From an uncultured Candidatus Saccharibacteria bacterium (GTDB lineage Bacteria; Patescibacteriota; Minisyncoccia; Phycocordibacterales; UBA9973): a stretch of DNA of 37,805 nucleotides. Below the pieces are notes generated by a model. That model saw nothing but the letters and a program-made list of their open reading frames with translations, was not told the DNA's origin and ran no database searches. The stretch lies in the NCBI GenBank assembly GCA_964360745.1, contig CAYHYF010000001.1, forward strand, positions 1 to 37,805, read 5' to 3'. Positions within the stretch are counted from its first letter, which is position 1. The number at the start of each line of letters is the position of its first letter. A program made the translations under genes and the position numbers. This document shows, piece after piece, positions 7,681-15,784 of this stretch.

Positions 7681-8451
7681 TTACAAAATAGACTTAAACA
7701 GTCTATTGGGAAAATCCAAAATCATTATGGTACCATACCCATAATCAATTGGCAGGGTTAAGCCGATAGTTTGTTCTTTTAGCACTTGTGTAATGGCTGG
7801 ATTTGGATGGTCACTCCAATCAGGATATCCTCCTATCATATAATGTGATAAAAATGGGTCATCCGTAAGAAAAATTGTAGATGAAAACTTAATCAATTCA
7901 TCTCTCTGAAGCAAATCAATAAAACTAGAATTAGTATTAGGAAGTGAACCATAATCATCAAAACGACTACTATTACAACCCAAATTAAATCCATCATGGT
8001 AGATTTTGTAACTTTCATAGAACACATTACTAATTGAGTTTTTCAAATCATATTGGCTATTTACCACTAGATATTGATTCAACTCCTTTTTATCCTTAGC
8101 AATTATTGCAACCTTTTCTAAAAATGAAAGGATGTTATTCTCTTCCTCAGGAAGAGTTGCGAGAATGTATGACCTGCTTAATATAAAATCTCTCTGACGT
8201 AAGATCGTCTTAGCATCATTTATCCTCATTGCGTCAGAAAATTCTCCCAATCCTGCAGAGTGAAGAAAACTCTTAGCTTTATCCAGTTCTTTTTCGGTTA
8301 TTTCTCTGCTAAAAATTTGAGTGAGATACTCCTCATACAGCTTTTGATACCTCGCTGATTTTGAGCGGTGTCTTGAATACAATTTTTTCATAGCCTGAAG
8401 CAATGAAACAAGAGTTTGATTACCATTGGTAATTGATTCTGTGATTTTCAT
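7681..8451 (-). CDS. Hypothetical protein; C-terminus resembles the YwqG/DUF1963 GGxPxW motif
   Basis: HYMIGGYPDWSDHPNP near the C-terminus. The track start at 8460 is TTG; the ATG at 8451 (MKITES...) is preferred. Confidence 0.35.
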   Translation of the reverse strand: MKITESITNGNQTLVSLLQAMKKLYSRHRSKSARYQKLYEEYLTQIFSREITEKELDKAKSFLHSAGLGEFSDAMRINDAKTILRQRDFILSRSYILATLPEEENNILSFLEKVAIIAKDKKELNQYLVVNSQYDLKNSISNVFYESYKIYHDGFNLGCNSSRFDDYGSLPNTNSSFIDLLQRDELIKFSSTIFLTDDPFLSHYMIGGYPDWSDHPNPAITQVLKEQTIGLTLPIDYGYGTIMILDFPNRLFKSIL

Positions 8452-8545
8452 ATCGTTCAATTTTTAAAAGTTTTTTCTTCACTCTACTCCTAATATTACT
8501 ACCTGTCAATCATATGTACGAAAGTACGAAGAGGATTAATAGTGT

Positions 8546-8584
8546 CAGGTACCTTTATATCCAATACAAAGAAAAGGGTACCTG
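8546..8584. promoter_or_regulatory. Pair of CAGGTACC / GGTACCTG sites (inverted orientation, GGTACC cores 29 bp apart)
   Basis: Read directly at 8546-8553 and 8577-8584. A TACCTG half-site lies at about 8500-8505, and another CAGGTACC at 37754-37761. Confidence 0.35.
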
Positions 8585-8602
8585 AAACCCTTAATCCCAT
8601 TC

Positions 8603-8631
8603 TTGCTCAAATGTTTTAATAACGTTAAAAT
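8603..8631 (+). promoter_or_regulatory. Sigma70-like promoter TTGCTC-17-TAAAAT, 6 nt upstream of the ATG at 8638
   Basis: Hexamers and spacing read directly. Confidence 0.45.
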
Positions 8632-8637
8632 ATAAAT

Positions 8638-9402
8638 ATGGCACAAGATGAAACAAATTTAAATACTGATATAAAAAAGGAGGAAACAACAGAAAATGAT
8701 CCCGTGCAAACAAACGATTCACAAAGTGAATCTACTTCTAACGGGACTAAAAATGAGGAGTTGAAGGTTGAAAGTATTCAAACAGAAACTTTACCACAGG
8801 AAACAACAGAAATAATTGTTGAATCTGAAACACAAGCAACAGTGGAACCTGTTATAGAGATACAAGAGCCAAAAGTTGAGGAAACTAAACCTAAAGAAAC
8901 TACCGAACCGGAAACAAAGATTACAGAAGAAATACCTCAAGAAATTTCCACCCCGGATGAAGCCACACCTGCCGAGGGGAATAAAATTTCAAAAATAGAA
9001 GAAGTTAAACCAAAAGAAACTTCCACCCCGACTTCGTCTGCCCCTACAGGGCCTGTACACCTTTCACATTTGAATACAAATGCTCAAGGTCTTGCGGTCG
9101 GGTCCCTACCCCAACCTCACCCTCAAGAGGGGAATAAAATAGATGAAAAAAGTATAATAGAAAAGTTTTTATCCAAAATGCTAAATAAAGCCAATTTAGC
9201 AATTCAGAGTAGAAATAAAAAGAGATTGGAAACCCTAACAGCATTTTTTGATAATAATCCACGTGTGACAAACAATATGGTGGAAAAATTATTGAAAGTA
9301 TCCGACTCCACAGCCACCGACTACCTCCAAAAGCTCGTCAAGCGAGGCTTGATAATCCAGCACGGAAAACACGGAGGTGGAGTATTTTACACAAAAGTTT
9401 AA
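8638..9402 (+). CDS. Acidic Glu/Thr/Pro-rich protein with C-terminal winged-helix DNA-binding-like domain
   Basis: The N-terminal ~170 aa are low complexity (KPKETTEPE / KPKETSTP repeats). The C-terminus VTNNMVEKLLKVSDSTATDYLQKLVKRGLIIQHGKHGGGVFY looks like a wHTH. Confidence 0.45.
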   Translation: MAQDETNLNTDIKKEETTENDPVQTNDSQSESTSNGTKNEELKVESIQTETLPQETTEIIVESETQATVEPVIEIQEPKVEETKPKETTEPETKITEEIPQEISTPDEATPAEGNKISKIEEVKPKETSTPTSSAPTGPVHLSHLNTNAQGLAVGSLPQPHPQEGNKIDEKSIIEKFLSKMLNKANLAIQSRNKKRLETLTAFFDNNPRVTNNMVEKLLKVSDSTATDYLQKLVKRGLIIQHGKHGGGVFYTKV

Positions 9403-9470
9403 AACTATTTAAAAAAAATCAATTATACAAACTCATTTTGTGGCGGATGGTGTATTAGTTATGGGTACAA

Positions 9471-10118
9471 CTAAAAAGCCATTTGTTTATATGGATTTAC
9501 AGGCATTGGTGGATTATTTTTTAATACTGGAAAAGCAATGTTTATAGTATTCCCAGGAAAAAAGCGCAAATTGTCATTTGGGTCTGTAGTATAAACAGAG
9601 CAAGGTATTCCATTTTTTGTATCATTGTATGTGAAAGCAGAAATATCAATTGTAAAACTCTGTGGTGCATTTACTAAATCAGCAACAATTTTAATTGTAA
9701 CTTTTTCATCTTGCTTCAAAATTAAATCATTTTGAAAATAAATTGTTTTTTGAATTACAGTTCCACAATCTGCTACAGGTGCACAAGGATTCCTATAAAA
9801 TGGTGGTTCAAAACCAGGTATAACAGCGAGTAAATTTGTTCCGGAATAAACTCGGATATTTCGCAAATTCGCAAGAGCAGATGAATTTGGTTTTACAGCT
9901 GTACCGTACAAATCAATCGAAGATATTTTAATTTCACCATTAAAAGTAGTATCTTTATCTTTTGAATTTGCAGACAATTCCCATTCACCTATATCCACAT
10001 TTTTTTCATTAGGACTTGCCACCGAAGTATTTCCTTTAAATGTTGTAATTTCCAAATCGGGTGCAGACAATGATGAAAGTCCCAATGATTGCGCTGGCAA
10101 TGTTGTAGCAACAGCCAT
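9471..10118 (-). CDS. Hypothetical beta-rich protein without its own signal peptide; in frame with the upstream BNR gene across one TAA
   Basis: 215 aa with a Cys pair (CAPVADC). The same reading frame as 10155..11513 continues through 12 sense codons after the TAA at 10155-10157. Confidence 0.5.
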   Translation of the reverse strand: MAVATTLPAQSLGLSSLSAPDLEITTFKGNTSVASPNEKNVDIGEWELSANSKDKDTTFNGEIKISSIDLYGTAVKPNSSALANLRNIRVYSGTNLLAVIPGFEPPFYRNPCAPVADCGTVIQKTIYFQNDLILKQDEKVTIKIVADLVNAPQSFTIDISAFTYNDTKNGIPCSVYTTDPNDNLRFFPGNTINIAFPVLKNNPPMPVNPYKQMAF

Positions 10119-10154
10119 TGATCTGTCTGCAGGGCTTGGATATGTTATACCTTT

Positions 10155-11513
10155 TTAGATAGCTTCTTTCCAAGATTTTGCATTATCCGATACCCAAATT
10201 TTTCCTGTTGTATTTATTTTACCATCAGATGGTCTCCATCTTTCCCCACTATCCCATCCACCAATTGCTCCACCTATAGAATAAAGTCTATTATTAAAAG
10301 GAATAATTATTTCAGCTAATTCTTCAGAATGAGTTTTTTCCAAGGCGATTGGCTCCATAGGAGTTTTATAAAATTTAGAATATAACATAATTTCATACCA
10401 ATTTGTTTGATCAGGATTTATTTTATCAACAAGTGGCATATACCAAAAACGATATTCAACACTTGTTTCGTTTTCAAGTGCTTGACCTTGATGATTGGAA
10501 TCATGCCTTGGAAAAGATAGTATCATATCATTAAAAATCAATGGTTTATGTACAACTATCCAACCTGGTGGAGTACCATTCTTATATGGATTATATTGAA
10601 CCCAATCCTTACCATCATTTGATGTATAAGTATAAGGTGTCCATGGAGCTCCATCAATCGATGAGAAAAACAAAATTTGATTTTTTAAAGCAATAGCCGA
10701 GTATGTGTATATATAATTTGGATCATCTTTCCACGGTGCTTCTTTTACTTCTTGTGTCCAATTTGCCCCATCTGTTGAAGTCCAGATTCCCTCAATACCG
10801 GAACCATTTAAAAGCCAAAATTTCTTTTGATAATATACAACAATATTACGCCGTGCTTCACCTTTGTAATTCGATGGCAAATCTCCGACACGTTCAAATT
10901 TTTTCATATCTCTCGTTTTATATATACTTGTATCAAATTCATTTTTTGAGTTGTACACACCACCAAATATGTATACAGTATTGTCAGGAGTTTTTACTAA
11001 AGCTGGCATGAATTTAGCCCCCATAATAGTAGACTCAGCCTCTTTCTTCCAATTCTCTCCATCAATTGTGGACCAAATATCAGAAAGAGATTTTTTTGTA
11101 TGTGGAAATTTTGGTTCAATAGATTCACCGAGCAATACAAAAAGTTTTTCACCTTCAATTGGAGTCTTTACGCATTGAGTTGGCTTTTTGGGATCTATTA
11201 TTTCTGGTAAAATTTTTTCACCAAAATTATAATCATCAACAATTTTAGGAACATCTATTTTATTAAAATTTGGAGTCTGTATTTCTGGAATTTGTTCTGA
11301 CTGCCTCGGCATTTCAAAAGCCTCTGGAAGTATACCTGTATTTTCAGGAACTACTACCGCGTCATATGGCATGTCGGGTGGACTAGAAATTAAACCCTCA
11401 TTGTCGGCTTTGGCATATTGTGAAAATAGATACCATAAAAAGAATATGGCAAGTACGGTCAAAATTATGTGTAATTTGAGCTCCCTTCTACCCTTTTGTA
11501 CCCCGGGTTTCAT
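10155..11513 (-). CDS. Membrane-anchored BNR/Asp-box repeat beta-propeller protein (sialidase-like fold)
   Basis: N-terminal TM segment ILTVLAIFFLWYLF. Four SxDxGxxW-type boxes: STIDGENW, TSTDGANW, TSNDGKDW, VSDNAKSW. Confidence 0.6.
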   Translation of the reverse strand: MKPGVQKGRRELKLHIILTVLAIFFLWYLFSQYAKADNEGLISSPPDMPYDAVVVPENTGILPEAFEMPRQSEQIPEIQTPNFNKIDVPKIVDDYNFGEKILPEIIDPKKPTQCVKTPIEGEKLFVLLGESIEPKFPHTKKSLSDIWSTIDGENWKKEAESTIMGAKFMPALVKTPDNTVYIFGGVYNSKNEFDTSIYKTRDMKKFERVGDLPSNYKGEARRNIVVYYQKKFWLLNGSGIEGIWTSTDGANWTQEVKEAPWKDDPNYIYTYSAIALKNQILFFSSIDGAPWTPYTYTSNDGKDWVQYNPYKNGTPPGWIVVHKPLIFNDMILSFPRHDSNHQGQALENETSVEYRFWYMPLVDKINPDQTNWYEIMLYSKFYKTPMEPIALEKTHSEELAEIIIPFNNRLYSIGGAIGGWDSGERWRPSDGKINTTGKIWVSDNAKSWKEAI

Positions 11514-11520
11514 ACAATAA

Positions 11521-11548
11521 ATTATACAACTTCGTAAATCTATTGCAA
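11521..11548 (-). promoter_or_regulatory. Promoter TTGCAA-16-TATAAT, 7 nt upstream of the ATG at 11513
   Basis: On the minus strand, TATAAT is at 11526-11521 and TTGCAA at 11548-11543. Confidence 0.45.
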
Positions 11549-11579
11549 CAATCTAGGTTTTGTTTTAGGTAAATAGGAG

Positions 11580-11585
11580 TATAAT
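11580..11585 (+). promoter_or_regulatory. -10 box TATAAT, 6 nt upstream of the ATG at 11592
   Basis: ggagTATAATtaagatATG read directly. Confidence 0.4.
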
Positions 11586-11591
11586 TAAGAT

Positions 11592-12149
11592 ATGGAACAA
11601 ATACAAACAAAAAAACAAAACAAATTTGTGCAGGTGGCATTGGTTGTCGGTTTAGTTGTTGTTATAAACTTATTCTTAAATTACACACTAAGCTTTATTT
11701 ACAAAGAACCAATTTACGAAAATTACTTTCCTCAAGCCCAAGTTGTTAAAAGTTATGATAATCAAGCTGATTGCATAGCTGTTGGTGGGCAATGGAATGA
11801 AAACCTGAATCAATATCCGACAGAAGTAAATAGTAAAACATTAAAACCTATAGATGGATATTGCAATGTAAACTACACAACGCAATTAAATTACGACGCA
11901 AAAGTGACAAACTATGAATTAAATGTTTTCATCACACTCATAGTCTTGGGTATTTTGATGATGATTTTTGGTATTAAATACAAACACCTCATACTATCCC
12001 CAGCACTGACTTGGGCAGGAGTATTGTCGTACATTATTGCCTCAATGCGTTATTGGTCTGTAGCCACAAGCGGTGTCAGAGTCATAATTTTAGGCCTAGC
12101 TCTCATAGCACTCATTTGGGTTGCGATAAAAAAGTTTAATGATAGATAG
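11592..12149 (+). CDS. Hypothetical membrane protein (1 N-terminal + about 3 C-terminal TM segments)
   Basis: Hydrophobic segments VQVALVVGLVVVINLFL, VFITLIVLGILMMIFGI and VIILGLALIALIWVAI. Confidence 0.6.
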   Translation: MEQIQTKKQNKFVQVALVVGLVVVINLFLNYTLSFIYKEPIYENYFPQAQVVKSYDNQADCIAVGGQWNENLNQYPTEVNSKTLKPIDGYCNVNYTTQLNYDAKVTNYELNVFITLIVLGILMMIFGIKYKHLILSPALTWAGVLSYIIASMRYWSVATSGVRVIILGLALIALIWVAIKKFNDR

Positions 12150-12170
12150 TGTGTTAAAATATAATACGCG

Positions 12171-12293
12171 ATGAAAATTTCAATATTAATTATTGCATAT
12201 AATGAAGAAAAAAATAATATGGAAGTTTTAGCTCGAGGAAGAAAAGAAATTCTTGCTGAAAAAATATTAAAAGAATATTTTAAAAAAGCCTGA
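12171..12293 (+). pseudogene. 40-codon remnant of a family-2 glycosyltransferase N-terminus
   Basis: My own translation is MKISILIIAYNEEKNNMEVLARGRKEILAEKILKEYFKKA*. The first 15 residues match the GT2 start (xxISIIIPAYNEEKNI) and the sequence then diverges to a stop. The ORF is too short for the track. Confidence 0.35.
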
Positions 12294-12310
12294 CATTTTG
12301 TCAGGCTTTT
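12284..12310. terminator. Bidirectional terminator AAAAGCCTGAC-5nt-GTCAGGCTTTT
   Basis: 11-bp perfect stem with A and T runs, between the stops at 12293 (+) and 12319 (-). Confidence 0.7.
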
Positions 12311-12318
12311 AATACAAT

Positions 12319-13068
12319 CTAAACGACAGTTCCAACCTTCAATCCAAGACATTGGCTAGCAGATTTCTCTTGAATCATTACTTCAAGAAAACGCTTACTT
12401 CTGTACCCGGAACTTCCTCTTACAAAAGCGGGTATTCTGTTTTTGGGCACATCAGCTAATCTTTCAAAAAAATCCATATCAAGAAGGGTATATTTATCTA
12501 AATTAACCCATTTTCCTATTGAAGTTGTTTTACAATTACCAAAACAGTCAACTCCCCAGATAAAATTTTCTTTGCCAAAATCTGCAATCTCAATTTCAAT
12601 GGATGGAATATTTTTACCTTCTGAAATCCATTTAGCAAGGTATGGTAAATATTCATAACTTCTAAACTGCGATTCGGAAACACGTTTTGCTTCTCTTTTA
12701 GATAAAAATTTACTACAAACTTCTGAAACATCTGTTTGAAAAGTGGTTGAAAACATCTTCAACTTTTTTGCCAATGAAAAACAATTTGGCGTACCAATGA
12801 TTGTTATTTTTCCAAATTGATGAAAACAAAATGGAATGCCATTGGGATATTTCTTCTTATTGCCCCGAGGAGCAATATTGACGATAATAATGGCAGGTTG
12901 ACCTTTACGAGAATCAATAGCATCAATGAGTTCTCCTTGGGCTTGCAAGTCGGTATTGGCACCAATAAATAGTGATTGTACCGAATTGCCTAATAAGGCT
13001 TGATAGCGACTTTGTTGTCTTGTACGAGCATTGTCGTCTTGGCAATCAGAAATAATTGTGATTTGCAT
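12319..13068 (-). CDS. Hypothetical protein; tentative, divergent resemblance to SAM hydroxide adenosyltransferase (DUF62) fold
   Basis: ITIISDCQDDNA aligns with ITLLTDFGxxDxY, IIIVNIAPRG with VVVDPGVG, and ITIIGTPNC with fvgPDNG. The similarity is weak and by eye only. Confidence 0.25.
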   Translation of the reverse strand: MQITIISDCQDDNARTRQQSRYQALLGNSVQSLFIGANTDLQAQGELIDAIDSRKGQPAIIIVNIAPRGNKKKYPNGIPFCFHQFGKITIIGTPNCFSLAKKLKMFSTTFQTDVSEVCSKFLSKREAKRVSESQFRSYEYLPYLAKWISEGKNIPSIEIEIADFGKENFIWGVDCFGNCKTTSIGKWVNLDKYTLLDMDFFERLADVPKNRIPAFVRGSSGYRSKRFLEVMIQEKSASQCLGLKVGTVV

Positions 13069-13104
13069 AGTTTTAAGATTTAAGTTTATGAAATTGTCTA
13101 AAGA

Positions 13105-13136
13105 ACAAAAAAACAGCCCATCGGGGCTGCTTTTTA
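13105..13136. terminator. Terminator CAGCCC-atcg-GGGCTG with flanking A/T runs
   Basis: Read directly, about 150 nt downstream of the toxin gene stop. Confidence 0.55.
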
Positions 13137-13284
13137 TATTTCATTTATTTTTGAGTAAAAATTATGCAACACAATAAGCAACCTCGATATTTGGGCTTTT
13201 CATCATAACTGCCATCATCGCTTGGTTACTTATATTCATATAATAAAGCATACCATAAATATATCAATTTATGCAATTTAATTT

Positions 13285-13542
13285 TTATTCGTAGATATCT
13301 TTACGATGGCCGAGAGCAAACAAGACAACATCACCACCACTGGTGCGGAATATCCCCCTATAATTTCTGGTTATACGGAAAGAAAAAACTTTATCTGGAG
13401 CAAAACCTTGCAATTTTTTCGTATGAAGCTTTGAGTGGAAAATGTCTTCCGATAACAAAATCTCTTGCTTTGAAAGTAGTATTTTATCTTTTTTGGATAA
13501 AAGTTGTACTTGCTTTTTATAATTTTTAGTCTTCAAAAGCAT
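13285..13542 (-). CDS. Type II toxin, RelE/ParE/YafQ superfamily
   Basis: 85 aa. The C-terminal ...FRITRNYRGIFRTSGGDVVLFALGHRKDIYE is the typical RelE/StbE ending. It lies 3 nt after the antitoxin stop. Confidence 0.8.
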   Translation of the reverse strand: MLLKTKNYKKQVQLLSKKDKILLSKQEILLSEDIFHSKLHTKKLQGFAPDKVFSFRITRNYRGIFRTSGGDVVLFALGHRKDIYE

Positions 13543-13545
13543 AAA

Positions 13546-13773
13546 TTAAAATTCTTTTAGGGAATCCTTGTATGCTTTTAGAATTTCATTTTTATTTAAG
13601 TATGCATCTAGGCTTTCGGTCGGCGTCTTGGATATTTGTATCCCTTGATTTACGACAAATTGTCGCATAGAAGCATTGATAATATCCGAAAGTGAAAACC
13701 CTAAATCCTTTGCTAGATTTTGCGCTTTTATTTTCAAGTCTTTTTTTGTCCGAATCAATATTGTTGTATCCAT
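13546..13773 (-). CDS. Type II antitoxin, RelB/DinJ (ribbon-helix-helix) family
   Basis: MDTTILIRTKKDLKIKAQNLAKDLGFSLSDIINASMRQFV is DinJ-like. The track start at 13791 is TTG and falls inside the promoter, so the ATG at 13773 is preferred. Confidence 0.7.
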   Translation of the reverse strand: MDTTILIRTKKDLKIKAQNLAKDLGFSLSDIINASMRQFVVNQGIQISKTPTESLDAYLNKNEILKAYKDSLKEF

Positions 13774-13780
13774 ATACAAA

Positions 13781-13808
13781 AGTATATACAAACGTATAAA
13801 TAAGTCAA
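13781..13808 (-). promoter_or_regulatory. TA promoter TTGACT-16-TATACT, 7 nt upstream of the ATG, overlapped by TTGTATAT repeats / TATACgtttGTATA palindrome
   Basis: The minus strand reads TTGACTtatttatacgtttgtaTATACTtttgtatATG. Confidence 0.5.
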
Positions 13809-13869
13809 GTGCCTAATTGTGGAAAACCAACTTATCATACAACCTCCTTTAATAACAGATAATATACTT

Positions 13870-14979
13870 TTATTTCAAAGCCTTAATTCCGGGTAGGGTG
13901 CCTTTAGAGAGGAATTCGAGGGTGGCGCCGCCACCGGTGGAAACAAAGATATTTTTATTTAATTTCTTTTTAGCTAAAAATAATGCCGTATCTCCCCCAC
14001 CAATTATAATTTTTGCTTTTGATGAGATCAGAAGGTCTATCAATTTATCTGTCGTCTCCGTATACCCGTATTCATACCAACCAAGCGGACCATTCCAAAT
14101 GATGAGTTTGGCTTTTTTTATAAGAGGAGATAATTTTTCCAAATTTGTCTTGCCAATGTCTAAAATCTGATCGGTCTTTTTTATTTGATCAAGTTTTACC
14201 TCTTTTTTATTTTGATTTTTTAAAACTACAGTTTCCGGCAAAATTAATTTTTTATTGTTTAAAATACTTTTTGCTATTAGCACGCTATCATCCACCATCG
14301 ACTGCCCCACTTCAAAACCCATAGCTCTAAAGAAATTGTTTGCCAAAGCTCCACCTACAAATACATTGTCGGCATCTTTAAGATATATTTTTACCAACGG
14401 AATCTTTGTCTCTGGTTTTGCTCCACCCAAAATGGCAAGAAATGGATGCTCAGGCTTCAATGCATTTGAAAGTTCTTTAATTTCAAGCTCCATTTGCAAG
14501 CCCATATAAGAAGGCAAAAATTTAGGAATACCTACAATTGAGGCAGTCGAGCGATGTGAAAAAGGAAAAGCATCGTTTACATATATATCGCCATGCTTTG
14601 AAAGCCCACGCGCAAAAGATGGATCATTTTTATCTTCTCCGGCCATACTACGTAAATTTTCAAGCATTATCACATCACCATTTTTCATACTCTCTATTGC
14701 GTCATCGACTTTTGATCCTAGTACTGCCGGCACAAAAGTTATGGGTATAGAACGCTTCAGCACTTTTGCCACAGGCAAAAGTGTGTTTTTTGGATCGCGA
14801 CCAGTATGAGTCATTATGATAATTTTTGCACCCAATTTACGAAGAAGATTGATTGTGGGCAAAGATTTTTTAATTCTTAAATCATCTTGAACTATCTGTC
14901 CATTTAATGGCACATTGTAATCTGTGCGAAGTATTACTTTTGTCCCTTTTATATTTGAAAGTTCTTTTATACTTTTCAT
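13870..14979 (-). CDS. pgk: Phosphoglycerate kinase
   Basis: RTDYNVPL N-terminal motif, GGGDT and GGGATLEFL C-terminal motifs. 369 aa. Confidence 0.95.
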   Translation of the reverse strand: MKSIKELSNIKGTKVILRTDYNVPLNGQIVQDDLRIKKSLPTINLLRKLGAKIIIMTHTGRDPKNTLLPVAKVLKRSIPITFVPAVLGSKVDDAIESMKNGDVIMLENLRSMAGEDKNDPSFARGLSKHGDIYVNDAFPFSHRSTASIVGIPKFLPSYMGLQMELEIKELSNALKPEHPFLAILGGAKPETKIPLVKIYLKDADNVFVGGALANNFFRAMGFEVGQSMVDDSVLIAKSILNNKKLILPETVVLKNQNKKEVKLDQIKKTDQILDIGKTNLEKLSPLIKKAKLIIWNGPLGWYEYGYTETTDKLIDLLISSKAKIIIGGGDTALFLAKKKLNKNIFVSTGGGATLEFLSKGTLPGIKALK

Positions 14980-15001
14980 AAATTTATTTATTTTAGATCA
15001 T

Positions 15002-15766
15002 CTACTTTTTATCTACTATTTGTATTATCTTTATAAAATCTCGTACAGACAAGCTTGCTCGTCCGACGAGAAATCCATCCACTCCACCATATTCTATAAA
15101 ATCAGAGACGTTATTCTTTGTGACGGATCCTCCGTAAATTACTTTTATGTCGTGCGCAATACTACTTGAAGAAATATCTGAAATACATTTGCGAATAAAT
15201 ATCGTCATTTCATTTACCTCAACCGGAGTTGCTTCACGAGTAGCATCTTTACCTATTGCCCACACTGGCTCATAAGCGATGACAATATTTTTCAAAAGAT
15301 TTTTTTGCACATTTTTTAAGTCTTCAACTATTTGTCTTTTTACAAAATCAAAATAGGTGTGTTTACCATCTCTTTCTCTCTCACCCACACAAAGAATCGG
15401 TGAGATTTTATTCTTCAACAGAAGTTTGATTTTTTGATTTATATCAACATCAGTCTCACCCATAGCTCTTCTCTCAGAATGCCCGACAATACAAAAATTT
15501 GCTCCCGAATCTGCAATCATAAGTGGCGAGACTTCACCAGTATATGCACCATCGACATCTTTAAAGACATTTTGAGCGCCAAGTAAAAATCTTAGTATAG
15601 TTTTCAATTTTTTTAATGGGTATAAATATGGAAACGGTACACATAAAATAGTGTGAATATTTTTTGATTTTATCGTCACTTTTTTAAATTCTTTAAATAA
15701 ATATTCTGCTTCACGCAAAGATACAGGATTCATCTTCCAGTTTGCGATAATTAGTCTTTTTGACAT
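15002..15766 (-). CDS. tpiA: Triosephosphate isomerase
   Basis: IANWKMN start, catalytic VGHSERR, AYEPVWAIG and YGGSV motifs. Confidence 0.95.
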   Translation of the reverse strand: MSKRLIIANWKMNPVSLREAEYLFKEFKKVTIKSKNIHTILCVPFPYLYPLKKLKTILRFLLGAQNVFKDVDGAYTGEVSPLMIADSGANFCIVGHSERRAMGETDVDINQKIKLLLKNKISPILCVGERERDGKHTYFDFVKRQIVEDLKNVQKNLLKNIVIAYEPVWAIGKDATREATPVEVNEMTIFIRKCISDISSSSIAHDIKVIYGGSVTKNNVSDFIEYGGVDGFLVGRASLSVRDFIKIIQIVDKK

Positions 15767-15784
15767 ATTTTCATTATATCACAG

